From an uncultured bacterium (GTDB lineage Bacteria; Patescibacteriota; Saccharimonadia; UBA4664; SCTI01), in assembly GCA_965364395.1 (NCBI GenBank), contig CBDTXE010000002.1, positions 1-35,887 on the forward strand: a DNA stretch of 35,887 nucleotides, in the 5' to 3' direction. The first letter of the stretch is position 1. The number at the start of each line of letters is the position of its first letter. The position numbers and the translations under genes are program-made. Shown in pieces: positions 8,601 to 15,520 of this stretch. A model generated the notes under the pieces. The model did not search any database and had not been told where the DNA came from. It was given only the letters and a program-made list of their open reading frames with translations.

Positions 8601-9035
8601 CTAAGCCGATGCGGCCACCTGCTGGAGCACAACCTTGGGGCGCCGGCGGACGTGGAGCCGCACGTGGCTAGCCGTCGCCACCTCGTTGATACGCCGCGTC
8701 ACCGCCAAGGACGCCTCAAGGGCCTGTTGCAGTTCTGCGACGGATCCGCACGACAGCAGCTTGCCGGCCCGGGTGTGGAAGTTTTCCGCGGCCACCAGTA
8801 CCATGCGACGCGTTTCCGGGGCACTCGGGTTGCAGGCGGTAAAGGAGTAGACGCAGTAAGGGTCGCCATTGTCGTGCCGGCAAGACGTAATGCGCAGGCA
8901 GGCGCGGTTGGTGTCGGTCAGACTCCAATGGAGCCACAGGTCGCCGGGGCCTAGATGCACCGGGCTGGCCGGCACTTGCTCGGGACTCCCTCCAAACGAG
9001 CGGAATACCTGCTCGAGAACCTTTTGGGGCTCCAC
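8601..9035 (-). CDS. Hypothetical protein (ORFan, 144 aa)
   Basis: Start moved to GTG 9035, which has AGGAGG 6 nt upstream. The ORF-track start at 9125 is a TTG without an SD. Has its own extended -10 promoter and downstream hairpins. No family recognised. Confidence 0.5.
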   Translation of the reverse strand: MEPQKVLEQVFRSFGGSPEQVPASPVHLGPGDLWLHWSLTDTNRACLRITSCRHDNGDPYCVYSFTACNPSAPETRRMVLVAAENFHTRAGKLLSCGSVAELQQALEASLAVTRRINEVATASHVRLHVRRRPKVVLQQVAASA

Positions 9036-9079
9036 CTTTCGCCTCCTGGTTGCGGGCGCGGAATTACGCCATAAACACG

Positions 9080-9088
9080 ATTGTAACA
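9080..9088 (-). promoter_or_regulatory. Extended -10 promoter element TGtTACAAT
   Basis: Minus strand TGTTACAAT, followed after 7 nt by ATG-GCG-TAA (9072-9064) and then the SD and GTG of the 8601-9035 gene. Confidence 0.45.
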
Positions 9089-9152
9089 AAAGCGGCGCGC
9101 CGGCCGCCTTCGTGATTATTCCCAATAATTGCGCGATTTCCTGTGATCAGGA

Positions 9153-9818
9153 TCATGCCCTGGCAAGAGGAAGCCAGTCCGCCAGCTGGGAAATACGGGT
9201 CACGTGCTCCCCAACCCGCTGGCCGGCATACCGCTCCCCCGCCCTGTCCAGGTAGACCATGCGGATTGGAGTCGTCGCCGGGTCCAAGGGTTCAAATGCC
9301 CACGGGTTGTCGTCAACCAGCCAAACCCGGCGGAACAGGCCGCGGACGTGCGGCAGGCGGACGCAGATGCCGCCCTCTTGCCGATGGATCCCTCCGGCCA
9401 GCAGTATACCCTTGTTCACGGTGGTGACATGCAGCGGCAGATCGCGTAGCTCGGGGGCAAAGCCTAGCTTCCAATGCTGGTATGACTCAATATCGGCGAA
9501 AGTCATCACCACCGGCTTGATGTGGGGCGGCAGGCTTTTTAGGAAAGCGGCGGCCTCCGGAAACAAATAACTGCGGTGCGGCAGCAAATGCCGGGCATGG
9601 GCTACGGCGTGCTGCAGCCTGGGATTGGGGTCGACAAAGTGCTGCAAAACCGCCAGCTTATCGGATGGCTCGTTACCGTCGGCTGACCGCCCAGCCAGCA
9701 CGCGCTCAGTGTCGCGCACAAACTGTCCGGTATCAAACAAAGTGCGGTCAAAATCCAACACCAGCAGGTCCGTGTAATTACGTGATTCGCCGGTGACCGG
9801 CATGCGTCCGCCGTTCAT
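9153..9818 (-). CDS. HAD-superfamily-like hydrolase (DxDxT motif)
   Basis: 221-aa ORF with motif I LVLDFDRTLFD near the N-terminus and WLVDDN late in the protein. Its start overlaps the yvcK stop (TAATG). Confidence 0.5.
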   Translation of the reverse strand: MNGGRMPVTGESRNYTDLLVLDFDRTLFDTGQFVRDTERVLAGRSADGNEPSDKLAVLQHFVDPNPRLQHAVAHARHLLPHRSYLFPEAAAFLKSLPPHIKPVVMTFADIESYQHWKLGFAPELRDLPLHVTTVNKGILLAGGIHRQEGGICVRLPHVRGLFRRVWLVDDNPWAFEPLDPATTPIRMVYLDRAGERYAGQRVGEHVTRISQLADWLPLARA

Positions 9819-10822
9819 TAGCTGAAATAAATCCTCATGATGACGCGGGCCAGTGCCTCACCGTCGTGGCGCATCAAGTTGCGCTTAAGAAGCACATCGG
9901 CATCGGACTGTTCCACCCCGCCGGCCAACAGCCGCTCGCCCAGGGCGACGTACGAACGCATGGCAAGTTCATTGCCGTCCGCCGCCACGGGCGTCTCCCC
10001 TTCCCGCATATACTTTTCGGTAAGTTCGCGGCCGGGCTTGGCGGTGTTATACAGGACAAAATCAAAGACGTTGCCGCCCAAATGGCGCTCAATTTGGTCG
10101 GTGTAATCATGGACGGCCATGCCGTCGGTCTTACCGGGCTTATTGACCAGGTTTGACACATAAATGACAGTCGCCTGGGATTCCTTGAGCGCCTGGGCCA
10201 TGCCCTCCGGTAGCAACACCGGAATTAGTGACGAGTACAGGTCTCCAGGACCCACTACCACGATATCGGCCTGGCGGATCGCCTGGGCGGCCTCAGGGTT
10301 GACCTGCGGGTGCGGATCAAGGCTGAGCAGCGGCCGGTCATTGTTAAACAGGTGGTCTTGGATGTTGCGTTCCAATTTGACCTGCGTCCCGTCCGACATG
10401 GTGGCGACCAGGCGGATATCTTCCGTAGTGACGGGCAGCACCCGGCCGCGAACTTGTAAGACGTGCTCGGCCAGCTTGACGGCGTCGGCAAAGTTGCCCG
10501 ATGTCTTTTCCAGGGCGGTGATCAGGATATTGCCAAATGAGTGCCCTTTCAGCATACCCTCATCAAAACGATAGTTGAGTAGCGTCCGCATATACTCCGG
10601 CGAATCCGACAGCGCCACCAGGCACTGGCGGATATCCCCCGGCGGCAGAGTACCCAGCTCGTCGCGTAAAACGCCGGTTGATCCCCCATCGTCACTCATG
10701 TTGACGATGGCCGTCAGGTCGCTGACATAATGGCGCAGGGCGGACAGCAGCATAAAGCTACCGGTACCGCCACCGATCGTGACGACTTTAATGCCTTGGG
10801 TTGCCGTGGCGTCGTTGATCAT
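9818..10822 (-). CDS. yvcK: YvcK/CofD-family protein (UPF0052, gluconeogenesis factor-like)
   Basis: 334-aa ORF with the family signatures VVTIGGGTGS and NMSDDGGSTG. Confidence 0.85.
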   Translation of the reverse strand: MINDATATQGIKVVTIGGGTGSFMLLSALRHYVSDLTAIVNMSDDGGSTGVLRDELGTLPPGDIRQCLVALSDSPEYMRTLLNYRFDEGMLKGHSFGNILITALEKTSGNFADAVKLAEHVLQVRGRVLPVTTEDIRLVATMSDGTQVKLERNIQDHLFNNDRPLLSLDPHPQVNPEAAQAIRQADIVVVGPGDLYSSLIPVLLPEGMAQALKESQATVIYVSNLVNKPGKTDGMAVHDYTDQIERHLGGNVFDFVLYNTAKPGRELTEKYMREGETPVAADGNELAMRSYVALGERLLAGGVEQSDADVLLKRNLMRHDGEALARVIMRIYFS

Positions 10823-10830
10823 AATCGGTA

Positions 10831-10859
10831 ATTATACCACTTGTGGTTGTTTTAGTCAA
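10831..10859 (-). promoter_or_regulatory. Promoter TTGACT-17-TATAAT, 8 nt upstream of the yvcK ATG (leaderless geometry)
   Basis: Minus strand has TTGACT (10859-10854), a 17-nt spacer and TATAAT (10836-10831), then TACCGATT and the ATG at 10822. There is no SD. Confidence 0.6.
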
Positions 10860-10879
10860 TCCCGCCTACAGCCAAGCTG

Positions 10880-12283
10880 CTAGAACTTGGCGAGCTGTTC
10901 GCGGACCTTTGCCGGCAAATCGGCGATCTTCACCCGGACTTGCTCCAAGGTGTCACGATGGCGGATCGTCACCGCCTTGTCTTCCAGCGAGTCAAAGTCC
11001 ACCACGATGCACAGCGGCGTGCCAATCTCGTCCTGGCGGCGGTACCGCTTGCCAATGTTGCCGTTGTCGTCGTACATGACGGCGCCAAATTCGGATTTCA
11101 TCGCCCTGTAGACCTCTCGCGCAAGTTCAACTAGCTCCGGCTTGTTGCGCAGCAGCGGGCTGACGGCCACCTTGACCGGCGCCAGCTCGGGCTTTAGCTT
11201 CAATACGGTCCGCACGTCGCCCTCGCCGACTTCTTCAACCGTGTAGGCGGCGCTGAGAACGGACAGGACGTGGCGATCCAGGCCAAAGGTTGGCTCGATG
11301 ACGTGCGGGATAAAACGCTCGTTTGTCTGGGGGTCAAGGTAAGTCAACTCGGCTCCGCTGTGCTTTTTATGGTTACCCAAGTCAAAATCGGTACGGTATG
11401 CCAAGCCGGCAATTTCCTTGGTGCCAAAAGGAAACCGGTATTCAAAGTCCACGGTACGCTTACTGTAATGGGCGCGGTCGGCCTCCGGCACTTCCAGCTC
11501 GTGGATGTCGTCCATCGTTAGGCCGACGCGCTCAAACCACCGACGCATCTCCTGGTGCAGTTCCTGGAACTGCTGCTCCCACTCCCCTTCCCGGATAAAG
11601 TACTCAAATTCCATGATTTCCAACTCGCGTACGCGGAAAATAAAGTCCCTAGGAGTAATTTCATTACGGAAATTCTTGCCAATCTGGGCCAGGCCAAACG
11701 GCAGCTTGGGATGGAGGCTATCAAGGACGTTTTTGAAGTTCACAAACATCCCCTGGGCAGTTTCCGGCCGAAGATAGACCCTGGCCGAAGTCTCGTCCAC
11801 CGGCCCAATCTGGGTCTGGAACATCAGGTTAAAGACGCGCCCCTTGCTGAGATCGTTGCCCTCCGGGCTCTTCAGCCCCATCTCCTGGATCTTGGCGTCC
11901 ATTTGCTCCACAGTCATCTCGGCGACGTTTTCCACGCCGTTGTCTTCCAGTAAATGATCCATCCGGTAGCGCTTGTTGGTTTTGAGGTCCTCCACCAGCG
12001 GGTCGGCAAAACCGGCGCCGGTATGGCCGCTGGCCTCCCAAACGCGGGCGTTCATAAGGATGGCCGTATCCAGCCCGTACATGTCGTCTCGCTCGGTGAC
12101 AAAGTGTCTCCACCAAAGCTGCCTGATATTATTCTTCAGCTCGGTGCCGTAGGGGCCGTAGTCCCAGGTGCCGGCAAGACCCCCGTAGATTTCCGAACCT
12201 TGGTAAATAAAGCCGCGGCGCTTGGCCAGCGACACCAGGTCGTCAAGGGTATGTGATGGGTTGGATGAGGCTTTTTTGGACAT
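10880..12283 (-). CDS. glyQS: Glycine--tRNA ligase, single-chain (alpha2) type
   Basis: Start moved to MSKKASSNPSHTLDDLVSLAKRRGFIYQGSEIYGG (ATG 12283). Strong GlyQS-type similarity throughout. TATAAT (12299-12294) lies 10 nt upstream and there is no SD. Confidence 0.92.
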   Translation of the reverse strand: MSKKASSNPSHTLDDLVSLAKRRGFIYQGSEIYGGLAGTWDYGPYGTELKNNIRQLWWRHFVTERDDMYGLDTAILMNARVWEASGHTGAGFADPLVEDLKTNKRYRMDHLLEDNGVENVAEMTVEQMDAKIQEMGLKSPEGNDLSKGRVFNLMFQTQIGPVDETSARVYLRPETAQGMFVNFKNVLDSLHPKLPFGLAQIGKNFRNEITPRDFIFRVRELEIMEFEYFIREGEWEQQFQELHQEMRRWFERVGLTMDDIHELEVPEADRAHYSKRTVDFEYRFPFGTKEIAGLAYRTDFDLGNHKKHSGAELTYLDPQTNERFIPHVIEPTFGLDRHVLSVLSAAYTVEEVGEGDVRTVLKLKPELAPVKVAVSPLLRNKPELVELAREVYRAMKSEFGAVMYDDNGNIGKRYRRQDEIGTPLCIVVDFDSLEDKAVTIRHRDTLEQVRVKIADLPAKVREQLAKF

Positions 12284-12353
12284 AATGTGGCTTATTATAC
12301 GGGAAAAAGCGGCATGGGGCACGGCCGAGTGGCGGCGGCGGACATCAACCGGT

Positions 12354-13076
12354 TTACGGTAGCACTTCCGAGGAGCGGAAGCGGCGACCAAACAGGTGGT
12401 CGTAAAAGGCATCACATGCCGGCAGGGTGCCAGCCGCCAGCTGCCCGGCGCCGTCAATGCGCTGGGCCACATCGAGCGGATGGCCCAACAGCACCCGCCA
12501 GAACTTAATGCCCACCGGCACCATGGGGTGGGCGTCGGCGCCGGCGCATGACACGTGGACGATGCCGCCTAGTGACGGGCTGAACGCATACTTGGCATCA
12601 GGCTGGCTCCCCTGGCAAACCATGCAGGCTTGCAGCTGCGGCCGGTACCCAAGCACGTCCAGCAGGCGCAGCTTGAACCACAGCTCCATCAGGGCACCCG
12701 CTTCGCCAAGCTCCAGCATGAGCAAGGTGTCTTGGACAAGTTCAAACAGTCCTGGATGGTCGCCATCGCTGCCTAATTTATTGACCATCTCGGCCAGCAG
12801 ATACGCCAGACGCAAGCGGTCATAGTCCGCGGTGACGCTGACATGCCGCCTAAGCCGCGCCGATGTCACAATATCCAGGTTGCGCCCCTCGGCCAACATC
12901 AGGTCTGACTCGCAAAACAACTCCAGATGGCCGGCAAGGCGCGACTTGATCCGGCGCACCCCTTTGGCGACGGCGCGGATAACTCCCCGGTGCGGGGTTA
13001 ACAGCACCATAACGCGGTCGGCCTCACCAAAATTATGGCGGCCGATAACGATGGCGCTGGTCTGGTATGTTGGCAT
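12354..13076 (-). CDS. recO: DNA repair protein RecO
   Basis: Start moved to MPTYQTSAIVIGRHNFGEADR (ATG 13076). OB-fold N-terminus and a Cys-containing C-terminal half (CMVCQG ... HVSC) are typical of RecO. Confidence 0.85.
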   Translation of the reverse strand: MPTYQTSAIVIGRHNFGEADRVMVLLTPHRGVIRAVAKGVRRIKSRLAGHLELFCESDLMLAEGRNLDIVTSARLRRHVSVTADYDRLRLAYLLAEMVNKLGSDGDHPGLFELVQDTLLMLELGEAGALMELWFKLRLLDVLGYRPQLQACMVCQGSQPDAKYAFSPSLGGIVHVSCAGADAHPMVPVGIKFWRVLLGHPLDVAQRIDGAGQLAAGTLPACDAFYDHLFGRRFRSSEVLP

Positions 13077-13081
13077 AAGTG

Positions 13082-13090
13082 CATTGTAGC
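13082..13090 (-). promoter_or_regulatory. Extended -10 TGcTACAAT, 6 nt upstream of the recO ATG
   Basis: Minus strand TGCTACAAT-GCACTT-ATG, with no SD. Confidence 0.5.
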
Positions 13091-13110
13091 AACCACGTAT
13101 GACTCGCGTC

Positions 13111-13139
13111 ATTGACAAGTAAGCGTTAGTGTTATACAA
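13111..13139 (+). promoter_or_regulatory. Promoter TTGACA-17-TACAAT for the 13226 gene
   Basis: Perfect -35 TTGACA (13111-13116), a 17-nt spacer and TACAAT (13134-13139). Arranged back-to-back with the recO promoter. Confidence 0.65.
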
Positions 13140-13225
13140 TACTATATTCTCTGTGAGTAAGCTGGACGCCATACACGCAGTGATGACCCTATCCACGGGC
13201 TCACGCCCCTACAGAAGGAGCCGTT

Positions 13226-13690
13226 ATGGCGCACCGTCCCAACAGCAACCATGACGTCCGCACAATCGTCCTTCCGTCGGGGCGCAAAATCGAGGTCGTC
13301 TACTTCGCCGACCCCGATTCCGCAGGTGTTCCTCCGGCTACGCCTACCCGCAGGCTGGAAGACCTCCACATCTGCGTGGAGTGCCAGTCGCCCCTGGTCT
13401 ACCCCACCGAGTGGGAGGAGACGTCGTCGACGCACTGGGAGGTCGTGCTGCGTTGCCCGGAGTGCCTACTCGAGCGTACCGGCAACTTCAACCAGGAAGC
13501 CGTCGACAGCTTTGACGAGGAGCTGGACCGCGGCACCGAAGAGTTGGTGCGCTCCCTGAAGCGCGTCACCCGGGCGAACATGGAGGAAGAGGCCGACCGC
13601 CTCGCCGCCGCCCTGGAGGCCAACGCCGTCTGGCCGATGGACTTCGACGGGGCCAGGTGCTTCGGCATGACGGCCTACCGCTACAGCTAA
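13226..13690 (+). CDS. Hypothetical zinc-ribbon protein (CxxC-x23-CxxC), paralog of 13853-14455
   Basis: 154-aa ORF with GAAGGAG upstream of the ATG. Contains CVEC...CPEC. Has its own promoter and downstream hairpins. No family name recognised. Confidence 0.7.
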   Translation: MAHRPNSNHDVRTIVLPSGRKIEVVYFADPDSAGVPPATPTRRLEDLHICVECQSPLVYPTEWEETSSTHWEVVLRCPECLLERTGNFNQEAVDSFDEELDRGTEELVRSLKRVTRANMEEEADRLAAALEANAVWPMDFDGARCFGMTAYRYS

Positions 13691-13714
13691 CCGCCGCGAG
13701 GCGGCCTCACCACC

Positions 13715-13739
13715 GCGGACCCCTTTAACGGGGGTCCGC
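13715..13739 (+). terminator. GC hairpin after the 13226-13690 gene (GCGGACCCC/GGGGTCCGC), no U-tract
   Basis: 9-bp perfect stem 25 nt after the stop. A smaller CCGCC-GCGA-GGCGG hairpin lies at 13691-13704. Confidence 0.5.
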
Positions 13740-13778
13740 TAATCGCAATAATTCATCAAGCTGCCCAGATAGCAACGC

Positions 13779-13806
13779 TTGTTATTTATGAGCCATATCG
13801 TATAAT
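13779..13806 (+). promoter_or_regulatory. Promoter TTGTTA-16-TATAAT for the 13853 gene
   Basis: TTGTTA (13779-13784) and TATAAT (13801-13806). GGAAGGAG lies upstream of the ATG at 13853. Confidence 0.6.
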
Positions 13807-13852
13807 ATAGGCAGTACTTTGATTCTGACAGCCCCTAGCCGGAAGGAGCATC

Positions 13853-14455
13853 ATGTTCATGCATTACCTGCGTTTCGAGAAGCTTCTGACGGATATAGTC
13901 CTCGATGCGGCGGCAGCCATCGGCCAACTGTACCGCCTCTACCAGCGGACGCCGCTGCCTCCACGGCGCGGACCGCTGCAATGGAGGCAGCTGCAGCCAA
14001 TCGCCGACCCTGCCAGCCTGGCGGACGTCCTGGGTACCCACTGGCCAAACGCCGTCCTGTCGTACGAGCTTGGGGACCGCCGCGTTCGCACCCGCAGCAC
14101 AAGGGTGGACTACCGGCCGCACCTGCACCAAGGAGCCGGCCACGCGTACGGATCCCTGGATTCACCGCACCAGTGCGAGGTTTGTGGGTCCAAGCGCCTG
14201 CTCGTCACCCAAGAAACGGAGCTGTGGCTCACCCACGTGCTGGTGGATGTGCAATGCGAGGCATGCGATGACAACCGCCGGCTGGTCATGGACCAGGCCA
14301 CTCACCGGCGCTTCCAGCGCTGCCTGCGGGACGAGCAAGCCCGGCGCAATGAGCACGACATCGGCTCGTTCCGCCGGGAACTGGACAGCGGCCAAATCAG
14401 CCCGGGAAGCTTCAGCGCCGGAGCACCCGACGACGGCATGGAAGGCGGCATTTGA
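13853..14455 (+). CDS. Hypothetical zinc-ribbon protein (CxxC-x23-CxxC), paralog of 13226-13690
   Basis: 200-aa ORF with a strong SD. Contains CEVC...CEAC at the same 23-residue spacing, and the C-terminal segment is alignable with the upstream gene. Confidence 0.7.
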   Translation: MFMHYLRFEKLLTDIVLDAAAAIGQLYRLYQRTPLPPRRGPLQWRQLQPIADPASLADVLGTHWPNAVLSYELGDRRVRTRSTRVDYRPHLHQGAGHAYGSLDSPHQCEVCGSKRLLVTQETELWLTHVLVDVQCEACDDNRRLVMDQATHRRFQRCLRDEQARRNEHDIGSFRRELDSGQISPGSFSAGAPDDGMEGGI

Positions 14456-14466
14456 TCAAAGGGAAA

Positions 14467-14488
14467 GGCCCCGGACACGTCCGGGGCC
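14467..14488. terminator. Hairpin between convergent genes (GGCCCCGGA-CACG-TCCGGGGCC)
   Basis: 9-bp perfect GC stem between the stop at 14455 (+) and the stop at 14520 (-). Confidence 0.5.
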
Positions 14489-14519
14489 TCGCCACGTTAA
14501 TGCAATACTATGTTTCCGT

Positions 14520-14900
14520 CTAGGCGTTACTTAGCGCCTTCATTACCTTTTCCACGACTTCATCCGGAGTGTGATGTGACTTAATCAAATAATCATTCAC
14601 ACCTAGGGCACGTGCCAGCTCGGCGTTCATATCTACCTGGGCCTCGCCCAAGTTGGTCAGCAGAATGACCGGGATACTGCGCAACTCCGGCTTCTTTTTG
14701 ATTTCCTTGAGCACATGGAAGCCGTTCATTTTTGGCATCAATATATCTAACAGGATGATGTCCGGGACATAGCCGTCCAACAAATTTAGGCATTCCTGGC
14801 CGTTGGTAGCCACAACTATTTCATGCCCCTCCATTTCAAACTTGGCCTCATACATCTCTACCAAGATGGGGTCATCTTCTACCAACATGATTTTTGCCAT
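14520..14900 (-). CDS. Stand-alone response-regulator receiver (CheY-like, no output domain)
   Basis: Start moved to MAKIMLVEDD (ATG 14900), preceded by GAGGAAGGAAGAGG. Has the DD pair, the phospho-acceptor D in ILLDILMP and a conserved K near the C-terminus. The product is 126 aa. Confidence 0.88.
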   Translation of the reverse strand: MAKIMLVEDDPILVEMYEAKFEMEGHEIVVATNGQECLNLLDGYVPDIILLDILMPKMNGFHVLKEIKKKPELRSIPVILLTNLGEAQVDMNAELARALGVNDYLIKSHHTPDEVVEKVMKALSNA

Positions 14901-14934
14901 TGTGCCTCTTCCTTCCTCATCTGCAATGGTGACT

Positions 14935-14943
14935 ATTATAGCA
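14935..14943 (-). promoter_or_regulatory. Extended -10 TGcTATAAT upstream of the receiver gene
   Basis: Minus strand TGCTATAAT, about 35 nt upstream of the ATG at 14900. Confidence 0.5.
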
Positions 14944-14966
14944 AACCTTTGGCGCTGAAAGCACTG

Positions 14967-14998
14967 GCGGGACGGCAGTCTGATGACCGCCGTCCCGC
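14967..14998 (-). terminator. 10-bp GC hairpin after the 15025-15441 gene
   Basis: GCGGGACGGC / GCCGTCCCGC with a 12-nt loop, 27 nt after the stop. No clear U-tract. Confidence 0.5.
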
Positions 14999-15024
14999 TA
15001 AGGAGGCCCAACCGGTACGCCGCT

Positions 15025-15441
15025 TCACGCGGCCACGAGCTCTGGCGCGCTGTCTTTGGCGGCATCGGAGTGCACGGCCAGGTAAATGCGCCAGAAGCAG
15101 TAGAGGTACTGCCAGCCCAGCAGGCGTTTCGGGTTGAACATGAGGGGCGCAGCCTCCATTACAAGGTGGAATTGGGGGCGGCCGTAGTCCGGCATCACGT
15201 GGTCGTGGATGTATTCGGCGCAAATGCCCTTGGCTGGCCGGAGAGGAGCCTCATTGGCAAGCGTCGCCCTCATGACGTATTGGCGCACAATTTCCTGCCC
15301 GGCGGCTTCAGCCGGAGACAGGTTGGCGATCCGGTGCGCCAGCACCTCACACGCGTTTGCGAAGATCTGATTCCCATCGAGCGGGTCGGTGGGCGGCAAA
15401 TCTTCGACGGAATTCAGCTTGAATCGATTCCGTATAGTCAT
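15025..15441 (-). CDS. Hypothetical protein (138 aa) between the histidine kinase and the receiver
   Basis: ORF with its own promoter, a GAAAGG SD-like element and a terminator hairpin. No family recognised. Confidence 0.55.
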   Translation of the reverse strand: MTIRNRFKLNSVEDLPPTDPLDGNQIFANACEVLAHRIANLSPAEAAGQEIVRQYVMRATLANEAPLRPAKGICAEYIHDHVMPDYGRPQFHLVMEAAPLMFNPKRLLGWQYLYCFWRIYLAVHSDAAKDSAPELVAA

Positions 15442-15487
15442 GGCACTGCCTTTCTGGCCGGAGACCGTCGGGGTTCATGACTTACTA

Positions 15488-15515
15488 ATTATATAATGGC
15501 GCCGTCATGTTTCAA
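15488..15515 (-). promoter_or_regulatory. Promoter TTGAAA-16-TATAAT for the 15025-15441 gene
   Basis: Minus strand TTGAAA (15515-15510) and TATAAT (15493-15488). Confidence 0.55.
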
Positions 15516-15520
15516 CCCCT

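Noticed and set aside
12284-12472. N-terminal extensions in the ORF track (glyQS to 12472, recO to 13196, receiver to 15065, xseA to 21652, ftsE to 32286, murG to 2162, ftsL to 6575, methyltransferase from 23391, secreted protein from 32659)
   Set aside because: The extensions read through promoters or terminators, or overlap upstream genes. They add non-homologous Arg/Pro-rich residues. Internal starts match the conserved N-termini of the families.
13819-14534. Several 100-209-aa ORFs on both strands overlapping the 13853-14455 gene
   Set aside because: They are Pro/Arg/Ala-rich translations characteristic of off-frame reading of GC-rich genes. Only the 13853 frame has an SD (GGAAGGAG), a promoter and a paralog.
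15400-15480. Alternative out-of-frame ORF starting at an ATG 9 nt after the TATAAT of the 15488-15515 promoter (MNPDGLRPERQ...)
   Set aside because: It overlaps the start of the 15025-15441 gene in another frame and has a low-complexity, Arg-rich translation. The annotated frame is longer and has an SD-like GAAAGG.
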